This document shows, piece after piece, positions 7,511-19,913 of a DNA stretch of 64,000 nucleotides. This stretch comes from Bacteriovoracia bacterium (GTDB lineage: Bacteria > Bdellovibrionota > UBA1018 > JBFWNL01): NCBI GenBank assembly GCA_050251055.1, contig JBFWNL010000006.1:160001-224000 (forward strand), given 5' to 3'. Within the stretch, counting starts at the first letter, position 1, and each line of letters begins with the position of its first letter. The position numbers and the translations under genes were made by a program. The notes beneath the pieces were generated by a model, which was given only the letters and a program-made list of their open reading frames with translations, was not told the DNA's origin and did no database searches.

Positions 7511-10462
7511 TTATTTTCCAAATAACTCGCGGCGTAGCGTCGGGTATCCCCAACCTTTGGGTTGCTGCTCGGTGGAAAGATCCGTCAGATACTCAAAGAT
7601 CGTCACGGGTACCGAACCGTTGACGGCGGCGGGAATTCGTCGCGTCGCCCGTACCGGGTTGCCCCAGAAGCCGACAAAAGCATCTTTCTCGTGGAAGAGC
7701 TCGCCCGCGTGGCGTCCGGGAACGCTCGTGTTGTAACCCACGCCCTGCTTGGGAAAAAGGTTAATCGTGCCCGGAAGGTCGGAGTCGTAAAGATGCGCGA
7801 TCTGCACGACCGAATCGGGGCGCTCGGTGAACGACGAAAGTAGGCGCCATTCCCCGTCCGTACACCAGGTATTTGGATCTTCCTCTTTGGCGGCGGTCAC
7901 GCACTTGCTCAGAAGGCCCTGGTACTGATCGAGCGATCGGCCCACGAGTGGTGGATCGTACGGCGACGGCTTATGAAGTGAGAGTAAGCTGTTTCCCGTC
8001 GAAAATTTATAGTGGATGCGGTTACCCACGCGCCTGACGTATTCATCCACGCGTTTGCCGTCGCGCGTGCCGACCAGGTGGTAGGTTCCGCCTTGCGTGT
8101 CGCAGGCGGTTTCGCGCGTCACCAAGTAATCCAAGGATTCACTTAGGCGCGTGGCAAGCGTATCGATGACGTCGATCGTACGGCCGTCCAGCGTGCGTAG
8201 ATGCGTGAGATCCGCGTGCAAGGGTTGCTGGATCCAGCCGGCGCCGTGGTCCTTGAAGAAATCCATCATGTAATTGCCGCCGGCCGTGGAGGCGACGATC
8301 ACGTCGTAACCGCGGTTAGTGGGCGGGTGATCCGGGTTGGTCAAGATCGGCGCACCGCCTTCATCCGCGGAAATTTTTCGAATCTTGAGATTCAGCTCTC
8401 CGAGCGCTTCCACTTCGGGATTGAGCATATGAAACACAGGGGCCAGGCCGTGATCGCCGGCCATGCCGAAGAGGGTGCGCGAGAGCAGGCCGGCGCTTTG
8501 GTAAGTGGACTCCATTCGCGACAGCCAGTAATCTAGGCGGTTCAGCTCGCCGGAAGGAGCGAGAATCTCGTCGGCGAACGGGCCGGTGAAGTGGGCGAAG
8601 TGATCGGGGAACGGGTTGTAGTACTGGACGTACTGGGGCATGCCGTCGTCCTCCATCTCCGCCAACTCCGCGATCAGCTGGATAGCGCGCCGATAGGTCA
8701 TGAGCGGATTGTCGATGGGGTTGAGCTTGCCCATGAATCCGCCGAATCCCTTGGCCCCGTACTTCGCCAAGGTCGCGCGCTTGGCGAGCAAATCTCGGCG
8801 CTTTTTCTGCAACTCCAGCTCTACTTTTGCGCGTCGTTCGAGCTCATTCGCGCAAAGTACGTCGCCGAAGTCGCGTACTTTTTCACCCAAGATCAGGTTC
8901 AAAAGGCCGTCGAATGTGCCCTTGGCGCCGCGTTCGTGGGCCGAGTTGCAGTTGAAGGTATTGAGCGAGCTTAGGCGCTCGAACATGGTTTGGGCGCCAT
9001 TTTTCGCCGTTATTTTTTCCATCAGCAGCGCGTCGTTTCCGTAAAAATAGTAGGCGCGATCTTCGGGCCGGTCGACGAAGTGGAAGTTCGGGAGGCCGAT
9101 CGAAGCCTCGCCCAGTACGGGTGCGCCCATCATGGCCACGGGCAGGTTACGTACGCTGATCGTAGGCGTGGTGGATATTCCTCCGCGGGCGAAACCGCCG
9201 GGTTGGTTCGCGAACTTTCGGCGCAGGTAAGCAAGGTAGTTCGCGTTCGCGTACCCTTTGCTGGCGAAGTGTTCGAGAAATGCGGTGCTTTGCTTAGGCG
9301 CCGGAGTTGAATTCTGCGTGGCGGGCTTGGTTTGGTCGGCCTGCCGGTATTCGCGCAAGGTTTCTTGAATGAATGGGGAATTGGCATTTCCTTCGGCGAG
9401 GGCTCTTACCAAGTGTCCCTGCAGGCCATCGACGACGATATGAAACCCGTAACGCCGATCGTTCTGGGCGTGCTCGAGGTACTCCCAGAATCGAGGCGAG
9501 TTTTTCTGCGGATTTTTGAGCCAGGCGTCGAGCTGAGTCGTGAGCCAGTTTTTCAGGGCTTCGGATCGCGCGAGCTTACGCGCGAAAACGGAATAGTGTT
9601 TGAAGACCTCCATTTCGACGAAATCGACGACGGACAAAGTTAGGGTCTCCATCATCGCGTCGTCGTCGATCCACTTCTTCAGGCCCTTGGCGTTGTCGCT
9701 CGATTGATCCATGGAGGCTTGCAACCGGTTAAGCACTGACTTGAAGATGGGCTTCACGCGAGAGATCGTGGCCCGGTTCCGCTGGGGAGCGGCGTCGATG
9801 CGATAGTTCGGATCTTGTAAGAAAAGCGCGTCGTAGATGGCGACGATATCGGCCGTGATTTTCGGATCCAGGTGGAAGCCGCTCTTTTGTCCTGCGGGCG
9901 TCTCTTTCGGAAGGTCCCATTTGAACAGCGAGTGCTCGGTGCCCGGGGGAGATCCCGCGCGGTTGAACTTGCTTCGGAAGTAGCGATCGAAGTTGTTTTG
10001 GGTGGCTTCCTTGGGCGCCATATAGTGATCCTTCACGGCAAGCAGGAACGGAAAGGTCTTGTCCATGAATTCACCGGTCTCGATCCGCCGTAGAATGCGT
10101 TTGCGCACAGCTTCGTCGATCGGGAGATCGGCTAGGAATTCCTTCACTTTGGATTTGAGCACGATCGGAGCGATGAGATCCATCTTGATGGCTTCGACGG
10201 CGCCGCCGGTGCCTTTGAAGATGTCATGTGCGAGCGCTTCGACGCCACCGATGAGGACGTCGTCGCCCGTGGGTACGCGCGCGGGAACTCCCGTGCCGGT
10301 GCCGCCACCGGGCGCGGCGATTCCGTACATGTCCGCGTAGGGCGATCGCGCGGGTGGACGGGCGCCGCCGCCGGCGAAACCCAGATTAAGACTCAGGCCG
10401 AAAAGGACTCCCACCCCGGCGAATCCTAGAAGGAAGCGCCCCCGCGTTTGCATTTGGACCAT
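7511..10462 (-). CDS. Large secreted alkaline-phosphatase-superfamily (NPP/type I phosphodiesterase-like) protein
   Basis: Metal-site motifs VVDGL, TPTIS (Thr nucleophile), PDHFAH, GDHG, GRHAG; signal peptide; start uncertain (10462 or 10453). Confidence 0.78.
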   Translation of the reverse strand: MVQMQTRGRFLLGFAGVGVLFGLSLNLGFAGGGARPPARSPYADMYGIAAPGGGTGTGVPARVPTGDDVLIGGVEALAHDIFKGTGGAVEAIKMDLIAPIVLKSKVKEFLADLPIDEAVRKRILRRIETGEFMDKTFPFLLAVKDHYMAPKEATQNNFDRYFRSKFNRAGSPPGTEHSLFKWDLPKETPAGQKSGFHLDPKITADIVAIYDALFLQDPNYRIDAAPQRNRATISRVKPIFKSVLNRLQASMDQSSDNAKGLKKWIDDDAMMETLTLSVVDFVEMEVFKHYSVFARKLARSEALKNWLTTQLDAWLKNPQKNSPRFWEYLEHAQNDRRYGFHIVVDGLQGHLVRALAEGNANSPFIQETLREYRQADQTKPATQNSTPAPKQSTAFLEHFASKGYANANYLAYLRRKFANQPGGFARGGISTTPTISVRNLPVAMMGAPVLGEASIGLPNFHFVDRPEDRAYYFYGNDALLMEKITAKNGAQTMFERLSSLNTFNCNSAHERGAKGTFDGLLNLILGEKVRDFGDVLCANELERRAKVELELQKKRRDLLAKRATLAKYGAKGFGGFMGKLNPIDNPLMTYRRAIQLIAELAEMEDDGMPQYVQYYNPFPDHFAHFTGPFADEILAPSGELNRLDYWLSRMESTYQSAGLLSRTLFGMAGDHGLAPVFHMLNPEVEALGELNLKIRKISADEGGAPILTNPDHPPTNRGYDVIVASTAGGNYMMDFFKDHGAGWIQQPLHADLTHLRTLDGRTIDVIDTLATRLSESLDYLVTRETACDTQGGTYHLVGTRDGKRVDEYVRRVGNRIHYKFSTGNSLLSLHKPSPYDPPLVGRSLDQYQGLLSKCVTAAKEEDPNTWCTDGEWRLLSSFTERPDSVVQIAHLYDSDLPGTINLFPKQGVGYNTSVPGRHAGELFHEKDAFVGFWGNPVRATRRIPAAVNGSVPVTIFEYLTDLSTEQQPKGWGYPTLRRELFGK

Positions 10463-10553
10463 GCATTCTTTTCGGAATTTAGGCGCAAGGCCATAAGGCA
10501 CTACGAGCCCGGGCCGAACCCGTCAGGGAATTGGCGCCTTTTAAAATCGCGAG

Positions 10554-12389
<1,836 letters not shown>

Positions 12390-12522
12390 GATGCCCTTCC
12401 TGTACCAGTATTCGATCGAATCCTTCAAGTGTTAAAACGGGTTTGGACGCAGGGCGAATTGACATAAAAACCTAATATTTCTAAATTCTTAAGCACTAGA
12501 TGGAACTTAACCAGGGGGTACA

Positions 12523-13152
12523 GTGGTGAAACGGTATGTAACGCACGGATGGATACTAGGATTGGGGTGTTTGGTTGTGGTCGTGGGCGCTTCGGCATGC
12601 GGGGAACCCGTCCCGGGGACGCCGATAGTTACACCAAAAAAAGAGCCCGATCTTTCCGCGCAACGCCGGGCCGTTCTGGAAAAACTTCCGGCGCGCGCGC
12701 GCCTTTGGGTTTCGACTTTGGAGATCGAACCTGATTTTGAGTTAGGTCAGTTTCCGAATCGGGAAAGTGTCGAAGCGCAGGTCGTGGCAAAAAATGCTCG
12801 GCGCATCGACGTCGACCAAGTGCTAGTCGTAGAGGACGGCCAAAAGGTGAATGCCACTCTCTCACTGCAAGGGATGGGGGAGCAGCTATTCACCCTCGAC
12901 TACGGGATCACGACGGGAACGACCACCGTGTCCTCGGACTTGAACGTGGTCACGGCGGATCCGCGCTATACGTTTCAGGTGCTCGATCCCAGCGGCAAAG
13001 CCGTCTTGAGTACACAAAAACCGGTAACTTCCGGCTTCTTCGTACGCATACTCACGAGCGAAGGTCGTCGCTTGCTCATTACCGTGGAAGCGGTGATGCC
13101 GATGGTCGTGAAGGGCACGGTTTATCCGGCCGACTTAGTTTCCCAAATATAA
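12523..13152 (+). CDS. Hypothetical lipoprotein
   Basis: Lipobox ASAC after hydrophobic segment; AGGGGG RBS. Confidence 0.7.
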   Translation: MVKRYVTHGWILGLGCLVVVVGASACGEPVPGTPIVTPKKEPDLSAQRRAVLEKLPARARLWVSTLEIEPDFELGQFPNRESVEAQVVAKNARRIDVDQVLVVEDGQKVNATLSLQGMGEQLFTLDYGITTGTTTVSSDLNVVTADPRYTFQVLDPSGKAVLSTQKPVTSGFFVRILTSEGRRLLITVEAVMPMVVKGTVYPADLVSQI

Positions 13153-14829
13153 ACGAAAACCACCGACGTCTTTCAGGGCCTGAAGCCGGAGTTTTCGCCC
13201 GTTGATCTGGATCGATCCATCCGGATCTCTTCGCCGTTTTCCGCTCAGTAAGACGCCCACCGAGGGCTCGGCGTGCCGAAACTTCCAATGCGGCGGCTCG
13301 GGCCACGGGATTTCCTCAGAGCCGAAAATCGGGTTTTCGCGCGAAGCGAGCGAGTAGGTGACGCTTTCCCAAAAGTCGTCGGTCCAAACGTACTTTACCC
13401 CGGAGCGGCGAAAGGTGTCGATTACCTCCCACATCTGCGCGGACTTGGCGACGACTCGCGGTTGCGTCGCCCATGCGTATCGTTGGTGTAACTGGTAAAA
13501 GAGCGAAAGCGAAAGCAGCACCAACAGCACTGAGCGGACCGCCGGGCGTGCGAGAGGCCCTACGCTTTGAAAGAGTAAAGCCATCGCTAGAATGAGAGTC
13601 GGGAAGATCGGGAAAAGGTAGCGGGCAGCTCCGGGCGAAGTCATGGTGATGCCTAAGAAAGCGGCGAAATTCAGCGCCACCACCATCACCGGCGCGGTGA
13701 GCTGGGTTTGGCGATGCTTGATCCAAGCAAGCAGTAGGTAGGCCATCGCGATGACCACGATCAAAACCGGCTCCCACCGAAATGGCGCCGAATCCACGAT
13801 CTGATTCGGTAAACCGGTCAGTAACTCATAGGTGCCCGTAAATAAGCGGCTCACGCCCAGGGAGTCCATGCCCATTTTGGTCCAAGAAGAATTAGAACCG
13901 TGCCGTAACGAATAGATGACCTGCGGGAGGAAACCCAAAGCCAGTCCGCCTAAGGTGATCGCGCCTCGGGCATAGGGTATTTCACGCCAGCGGGTCCGTC
14001 CCCGGATCGCGACCCACGCGGCAAAGATCAAAATCGCGAAATCCAGGTTTGGACCCGGGTCGAGCTTAATCGCTTTGCCCCTGAGGTGCCCGAGCTCGCG
14101 ACCGATCAAAAGGCCCGCCGCGAAAAGCGTGAGCGCGCCCACGAAAAGAAAGGTCGTGATCCGTGCGCCGACAGAGCGACCGCGGACGAGGGCGAGGAAT
14201 TCATCCCACGCGTACCGCCATGGAAATAGGACGGCGACGACGTAAATCAGGAATGGCCGGAAATTGTAGGCGCAAAAGCCGCCGAGCACCGAGAACCAGA
14301 AGAGGCGGCCGCGGGGCATGTCCATGAGCGGCGCGCGAAACCCGGCGCCCAGCCCCAAAAGCAATGCCCCGCCGATGGGCAGCATCATATATATGTCGAT
14401 TCCCGCGAGGTGCGACCAAAACACAAATCCAATCGACGCGACGATCGCGCCCACCCAGCGGGCCCGCTGCCAGCCAGCCTTATCCCAAGCAAATCGCGAG
14501 ACCATCCAGGTGTTCGCCCAGGCGATCAAGGTCGGCGTTACCCAATAGGAAAAAAGCCAATGCGCGCGCAGGAAATCCACGCCCAGCCGCTCAAGACCGC
14601 CCACCCACAGCGCGCGTAGCCATGTGTAAGCGGTGCCGCCGTAAGTTTGCGTGAACGGAAAGAAGCTCCATTCCCCGAAACGGTAAAAATGCTCCGCCGC
14701 GAGTGGATAAAATGCCTGGTCGGAGTCATGGAGGGCCAACCCCTTGGGAACGAGAAAGAAGTTCGATAGCCAAGTGAAGATCGGAATCAGGAGATAAGGA
14801 AGTAATGAGCGAACGCGCGTGGCGTCCAT
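13135..14829 (-). CDS. Polytopic membrane protein, probable GT-C glycosyltransferase
   Basis: DSDQA acidic motif after first TM, many TMs, RYLFP motif; coupled to GT2 gene. Confidence 0.7.
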   Translation of the reverse strand: MDATRVRSLLPYLLIPIFTWLSNFFLVPKGLALHDSDQAFYPLAAEHFYRFGEWSFFPFTQTYGGTAYTWLRALWVGGLERLGVDFLRAHWLFSYWVTPTLIAWANTWMVSRFAWDKAGWQRARWVGAIVASIGFVFWSHLAGIDIYMMLPIGGALLLGLGAGFRAPLMDMPRGRLFWFSVLGGFCAYNFRPFLIYVVAVLFPWRYAWDEFLALVRGRSVGARITTFLFVGALTLFAAGLLIGRELGHLRGKAIKLDPGPNLDFAILIFAAWVAIRGRTRWREIPYARGAITLGGLALGFLPQVIYSLRHGSNSSWTKMGMDSLGVSRLFTGTYELLTGLPNQIVDSAPFRWEPVLIVVIAMAYLLLAWIKHRQTQLTAPVMVVALNFAAFLGITMTSPGAARYLFPIFPTLILAMALLFQSVGPLARPAVRSVLLVLLSLSLFYQLHQRYAWATQPRVVAKSAQMWEVIDTFRRSGVKYVWTDDFWESVTYSLASRENPIFGSEEIPWPEPPHWKFRHAEPSVGVLLSGKRRRDPDGSIQINGRKLRLQALKDVGGFRLYLGN

Positions 14830-15569
14830 TAGAAGCCCAGGCGCCGCCGCACGAGCAGGCTTAATGAATCGAGGATGGTCTGCAGCACCTTCATCTTGGA
14901 GAGGCCGGGCTTGAGGTCGTAGCGTAGAATGAGCGGAACTTCGGCGAAGATGAGATCGGACTGGCGAAGCTTCAGGAGGATGTCGACCATGCAGGAGAAG
15001 CCGCGCTCGGAAATGAACTCGTTTTTATACTTGTGAATCAACCCACCGATGACTTTCGCGCGGTAGGCACGATACCCGCACGTGTAATCGCGCACGCCCC
15101 GGATGGGGAAGAGGAGCTTGAAGAGGACGGCGGCGCCCCAGCTCAGCACGAGCCGATTCAAGGGCACGCCCACCACGCGACTGCCGGCGCGGTACCGGCT
15201 GGCGATGACGACGTCGTTGCCCTCGCGGATGAGGCGAATCATGCGCAGCGCGAGCCCGGCCGGGTGCGTGTTATCCGCGTCCATCGTGATAATGATGTCG
15301 TTCTCTCCCGCGCGTTGCACGGCTTCGAAGAGTCCCCGGCGGATGGTTTCGGCCAAGCCCCGGTTGGGATCGTTGCGTAGCGATGTCACTTCGGGGCAGC
15401 GTTTTGCGTAATCTTCGAGCAGCTGGGGGGTGCCGTCGGCGCTGCCGTCATCGACCACGATGATGGAGAAATCGCGCTGTTCTTCCTTCAGTGATTCGAC
15501 GAGTGAATCGAGGAGCGGCGTGAGGGCTTTCTCCTCATTATAGGCTGGCAATACCACCCAAGTTTTCAT
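14829..15569 (-). CDS. GT2 polyprenol-phosphate glycosyltransferase (DPM1-like)
   Basis: VVLPAYNE, VVDDGSADGT, MDADNTH, VIASRY, DYTCGYRAY. Confidence 0.92.
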   Translation of the reverse strand: MKTWVVLPAYNEEKALTPLLDSLVESLKEEQRDFSIIVVDDGSADGTPQLLEDYAKRCPEVTSLRNDPNRGLAETIRRGLFEAVQRAGENDIIITMDADNTHPAGLALRMIRLIREGNDVVIASRYRAGSRVVGVPLNRLVLSWGAAVLFKLLFPIRGVRDYTCGYRAYRAKVIGGLIHKYKNEFISERGFSCMVDILLKLRQSDLIFAEVPLILRYDLKPGLSKMKVLQTILDSLSLLVRRRLGF

Positions 15570-15584
15570 AGGTTTGACTTTTAC

Positions 15585-17255
15585 ATGACTACCCAGGGCT
15601 TTCCTAGCGCAAACCGGCCGTCCTCAGACGGGGTAAAAGACGGGGTGAAACTCGCGATTTTGGTCGCTTTCCTGGCGGCCGTAGCCATGCGCATCGGCGG
15701 TCCCGCCATCGCGGACGAAGTCGATTTCCTGCTCCCGATTCAAGCGTGGGTTCAAGGCGGGCCGCAGCCGGCCGGGCTTTGGCATACGCCGTTCTATCCT
15801 TGGTTTCTCTCCCTCTTGGGAAAAGTATTCGGTCTGACTCCCGCCGTGGCGCGAAGCATTGGCGTGGTTTGCATGCTGGCGACGGCGGTCTTGATCTACC
15901 GCACGGCGTGCTTGCTTTGGCCGCGTTTGGATACCGAGTCGGACGCGTGGATCTCGCGCGCGGTTTGGGCGGCGGCCCTTGGCCAGCCCTTGCTCTACGC
16001 TTCCGCGCTATTGCTCGATTACGACAACACCCTGATGACGCTCGCGACGGCGTATTATTTCTACTTGCTGGTGAAATATGCGCTCGAGCCCGCACGGTCT
16101 TCGTGGAAGATGATCGCGCACCTGGGGATCGCGATGGGATTTTGCCTGATGGGCAAGGAGACGACCCCGTGGTGCTACCCCATCGGCGCGCTCGTTTTGT
16201 TCGGGCAGCTGGCGATTCGTCGCGGTGCTTCGAACGCACAAGCGGCTTTGCGCGCGGCCGGACAGTCGATCGCGGTAGCGTGCTTGGGCGCCGCGGTTTT
16301 TTTCGGCGCGATCGGGATCTGGTGTGCATCGTTTGGTATTTCGCCATTTAAAGTATTCGAGATGGCGGTGCTAGGCCTGAAGGTACATGGAGGGACATCG
16401 CTGCTCGAATCGCGCGGCGTCGCCACGTTCGTCTGGGTAAAGGTATTCCCGTTGTTTTGGTTAGGGTTGCCGGTGCTGGGTTTGTTGATAAGCGGAGGTC
16501 GTAAGCTCGGGAAGACCACGGCGCTATATCCGGTTTTCGCGGTGATGGCCGTCGTCTTCTTCACTTATACGTTTTTGATCAACCAGATGACGTATCAGTT
16601 TCCGAAGTACATGCTTTCGATGCTCGTGTGGCTTGCCCCCTTGGGGGTAGCGACCGTGGATGCACCCACTTGGTCTCGGATGCAAAATCGCGTTTGGCTC
16701 GGCCTGTCCGCCACCTTGGGGTTATTCGGACCTTGGGTGATGGCGCCGCTTTATTATCGGATGCCGATCAGTTTCCTGGCGCCCGCGCAGCCTGTGGCTT
16801 TCGTGCTGGCCGTGACGTGGTTTCTGCGGAAACGTTTCCCAGACGCGTGGCGAATGGCTTGGGTGCTGGCGAGCCTGGCGTTCGCGGTTTCCTACTTTCA
16901 TGCCTTGATCCCGGGCAACCGTTCGCCCGCCTATTGGCCGGGAGAGCAGGCGATGGCGGAGGCCCACCAGGCCCTAGCGCCCTACTTGACGGGAGAGTAC
17001 GCGCTTTTTTCTCCCATCAAGGATCTGGCTTACGAGTTTCGTTCGGCGGGCATGACCCACCTTAAGTTATCCGAGCTGCCAGAGATGATGGCCGAGCGTT
17101 GCGCGTCGGGTGCGCCCGCGGTGGTGGTGAGCCGAATCCGGGAAGCCGAGACCGTGCTCGCGGCGGAAGAATCCATTTCGCTGGCCCTCAAGGATCGACC
17201 CTGCCGCTTCACGACGAATCGGGGTCAAGATATCGTGATCGGCGTACTTCGTTAA
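15585..17255 (+). CDS. ArnT/PMT-like GT-C glycosyltransferase
   Basis: DE motif after TM1, HTPFY, multiple TMs, KE motif, PKYML. Confidence 0.75.
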   Translation: MTTQGFPSANRPSSDGVKDGVKLAILVAFLAAVAMRIGGPAIADEVDFLLPIQAWVQGGPQPAGLWHTPFYPWFLSLLGKVFGLTPAVARSIGVVCMLATAVLIYRTACLLWPRLDTESDAWISRAVWAAALGQPLLYASALLLDYDNTLMTLATAYYFYLLVKYALEPARSSWKMIAHLGIAMGFCLMGKETTPWCYPIGALVLFGQLAIRRGASNAQAALRAAGQSIAVACLGAAVFFGAIGIWCASFGISPFKVFEMAVLGLKVHGGTSLLESRGVATFVWVKVFPLFWLGLPVLGLLISGGRKLGKTTALYPVFAVMAVVFFTYTFLINQMTYQFPKYMLSMLVWLAPLGVATVDAPTWSRMQNRVWLGLSATLGLFGPWVMAPLYYRMPISFLAPAQPVAFVLAVTWFLRKRFPDAWRMAWVLASLAFAVSYFHALIPGNRSPAYWPGEQAMAEAHQALAPYLTGEYALFSPIKDLAYEFRSAGMTHLKLSELPEMMAERCASGAPAVVVSRIREAETVLAAEESISLALKDRPCRFTTNRGQDIVIGVLR

Positions 17256-17258
17256 AAA

Positions 17259-18371
17259 TTATCTCAACGCTCTTAAGATCTTTTGGGCGGAGTTACCGTC
17301 ACCGTAGGGGTTGGGCGCATTCACGCGGCAACCTTGAGTAAGCGCCTTCTCGGTTTCGGCGCGGATGCGCGCGGGATCGGTGCCGACGAGGACGGCGAAT
17401 CCCGCTTGCACGCCTTCGGGCCGTTCGGTTTGCTCGCGCATGACCACGATCGGCTTGCGCAAGGTGGGGCCTTCTTCCTGGATGCCCCCCGAGTCGGTCA
17501 ATAGTACTTTCGCCAAGTCCATCAACTCCACGAAGGCCACATAAGGCAAGGGCTCGATCAGGCGTATCCTCGCGTGTCCGCCGAGTTTCTGGGTTACGAT
17601 TTCCTTCACGTTCGGGTTCGGGTGCACCGGATAGATGATGCGGACATTCTGGGCTGAGTTAGCAATATCCAGGAGGCCTCGGCAGATATCCGCGAAGCCC
17701 TCACCGAAGCTTTCGCGCCGATGCGCCGTGACGAGCACGAGATCGCCCGCCCGCGCGAACTCGCGTACGTCGGCGGGCAGTCCCCACTTCGCGACGACCG
17801 CGGGATCGGTCAGGCGCTCGCGCGTCCAGAGCAGGGAGTCGATCGCGGGATTGCCCACGTTAAAAATCGTCTTTTCGGCGACGCCTTCGCGGCGCAGGTT
17901 TTCTGCCGCGATCGCCGTGGGCGCGAAGTGCACGCTCGCGATGCGGCCGATGAGCTGGCGGTTCATTTCCTCCGGAAACGGCGCGGAAAGGTCGTAGGTA
18001 CGCAGGCCCGCTTCGACGTGGGCTATCTTCACTCCGCGCCCCCGGTGCAATGCCGCCCAGTAGGCGCCGATCCAGGCGCTGGTCGTGTCCCCTTGGACGA
18101 TCATCCAATCGGAGGGCAGTAACCGGTCCGCGTGGCGCTCGAGCTGATGAAGCGTCTCCGCGCTGAACTGCGGTAGCGATTGATTAGGCCGCGCGACTGC
18201 GAGGTCGACGTCGATCGGGAAATCAAAGAACTCCGTGAGTGGGCGAACGAGATGTTCGTGCTGGCCCGTGAAGACGACTTGGGTGGAGACGCCGGCGGCC
18301 CGGGCTTCGCGGATGACCGGCGCGAGTTTGATCGCTTCGGGTCGCGTTCCCAGTAAAACCGTCAGCTTCAT
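17259..18371 (-). CDS. wecB: UDP-N-acetylglucosamine 2-epimerase (non-hydrolysing)
   Basis: GTRPEAIKLAP, TGQH, QGDTTS, HVEAGLR, PFPEEMNR, TDSGGIQEE, NPYGDG. Confidence 0.96.
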   Translation of the reverse strand: MKLTVLLGTRPEAIKLAPVIREARAAGVSTQVVFTGQHEHLVRPLTEFFDFPIDVDLAVARPNQSLPQFSAETLHQLERHADRLLPSDWMIVQGDTTSAWIGAYWAALHRGRGVKIAHVEAGLRTYDLSAPFPEEMNRQLIGRIASVHFAPTAIAAENLRREGVAEKTIFNVGNPAIDSLLWTRERLTDPAVVAKWGLPADVREFARAGDLVLVTAHRRESFGEGFADICRGLLDIANSAQNVRIIYPVHPNPNVKEIVTQKLGGHARIRLIEPLPYVAFVELMDLAKVLLTDSGGIQEEGPTLRKPIVVMREQTERPEGVQAGFAVLVGTDPARIRAETEKALTQGCRVNAPNPYGDGNSAQKILRALR

Positions 18372-18372
18372 C

Positions 18373-19890
18373 TTAGAAATAGCTCTTGATCTTGGGCCGG
18401 AAATAGTGCGTCGGCGAGTAATGCAGAAGGTTCGAGACCTTCGACGTGTAAATGCACGCGAAGCGCTCGACGGTCATGCCGAACTGGCTCTGATCGTTGC
18501 CGGCCCACAGCAGCTCTCCCCAGTGCGGGTTGAAATGCGAATTGTACGCCTCGATGTGCCCACCCAGCTTTTCGTCGAGCGCGACGATCTGCTGGCGGTA
18601 TTTCCCCTGTAGTTCTTTCAGGTCGGACTTCGAGAGGGAGTCGATATCCACGATCGAATAGGTGATGCCGTTGAGTTTCTTCACCACCTGATCCAGCTGG
18701 AGCTCGAGCTCTTCTTTTTCTTTCATTAACTCGCGAATACTAGATAGATTTTTGTAACCCTGCATGGCGGCGCGGAGCTCGCCCTCGAGCTCGGAGATGA
18801 CGAGCATCGTGCGCCACTGGCGGATCTTCTTCGACTGGTGCACGTCGCTGTAGACGTGATCGCCGACGAATAGGATCTCTCCCGGGCTGACGTTGAAGAG
18901 CGTTTCCACGCCTTGGGAGTTTCCACCCTGGTAGATCTTCCCGGTTTGGATTCCGCCCGAGACGTTCTTCAGGAAGCCGGTGGTAGGGTCCACCTCGAAA
19001 TAGGAATTCGGACTGATAAAGAATGAAGGTTTGGAGGAGGAAACGATGATGACCTCGAAAAGATCGCGCCAGGTCTGCCCCTTTTCCAGGAAGCGATCGT
19101 AACAGAAGCTCATCATGGCGTCGCAGAATTTCCATTCGGAATTCGTGATCAGCACGAGCTTCTTGCCGAAGTGCTTCAACTGCTTCAAGGTCTCCGCGTA
19201 CAGGGGGTCCGGCACGACGAACTCGCTGGGGTTCGCCATCATCTTGTCTTTCAGCCAGCCGTTGCGGTGGATCAGGTCGACGGCGTTCGTGCAGTCGACG
19301 AAAAGATCCTCATAGGTTTCCTTGTTCTCGGGCCCGTGGAAACGGTCAACCATCTGGCAGTAAAGCGAGCAAACCGCGAGCGAGAACATGGTGTGGACCA
19401 TTTCGTAGCGGGGGTTGCTGAAGGTGACGATCTCGTTGCCGTAGACCTTCTTTTGCTCTTCCAAAGTTAAGAAGTGGTCTCCATGCAGGGCGGCTTTGAT
19501 GTAGCCGAAGCGGTTGATCTTGATGAGGTTGCCGAGCTTTTTATCGATAACCAGTCCGCGGATGATGCGCTCGCCCGAGAACTTGAGTTTCCGGATTTCT
19601 TGCGGGTAGTTCAAATGGTCGACGAGGTAGTCGATGGCGCCTTGGAAGGCGAGCTCCTCGACGTGCGTCTCGTTGTACATTACGAGCGTGTAATCCTGGT
19701 CGAAGCCGATGACTTTCACGCTGTTGAGATTCAGGGTGCGGTTCACGAACACGCGTTCGTTGAGCTGCAGATGGTAATCGGCGATCGGGATTTTCTTGGC
19801 GGTGGCGGTCGCGCGCGTAGGGGCCTTCGCCGATTTCAGGGCTGGTTTCGGCGCGGTTTTCCCGCCGTTCTTATCTAGATTAGTTTTCAT
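18373..19890 (-). CDS. HAD-IG family 5'-nucleotidase (cN-II-like)
   Basis: VFVNRTL, GFDQDYTL, LITNS, KPSFF, VGDHVYSD, WRTMLV, FACIYTSKVSN. Confidence 0.9.
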   Translation of the reverse strand: MKTNLDKNGGKTAPKPALKSAKAPTRATATAKKIPIADYHLQLNERVFVNRTLNLNSVKVIGFDQDYTLVMYNETHVEELAFQGAIDYLVDHLNYPQEIRKLKFSGERIIRGLVIDKKLGNLIKINRFGYIKAALHGDHFLTLEEQKKVYGNEIVTFSNPRYEMVHTMFSLAVCSLYCQMVDRFHGPENKETYEDLFVDCTNAVDLIHRNGWLKDKMMANPSEFVVPDPLYAETLKQLKHFGKKLVLITNSEWKFCDAMMSFCYDRFLEKGQTWRDLFEVIIVSSSKPSFFISPNSYFEVDPTTGFLKNVSGGIQTGKIYQGGNSQGVETLFNVSPGEILFVGDHVYSDVHQSKKIRQWRTMLVISELEGELRAAMQGYKNLSSIRELMKEKEELELQLDQVVKKLNGITYSIVDIDSLSKSDLKELQGKYRQQIVALDEKLGGHIEAYNSHFNPHWGELLWAGNDQSQFGMTVERFACIYTSKVSNLLHYSPTHYFRPKIKSYF

Positions 19891-19913
19891 GTAGGATGTT
19901 AGTTTTACGTGGT

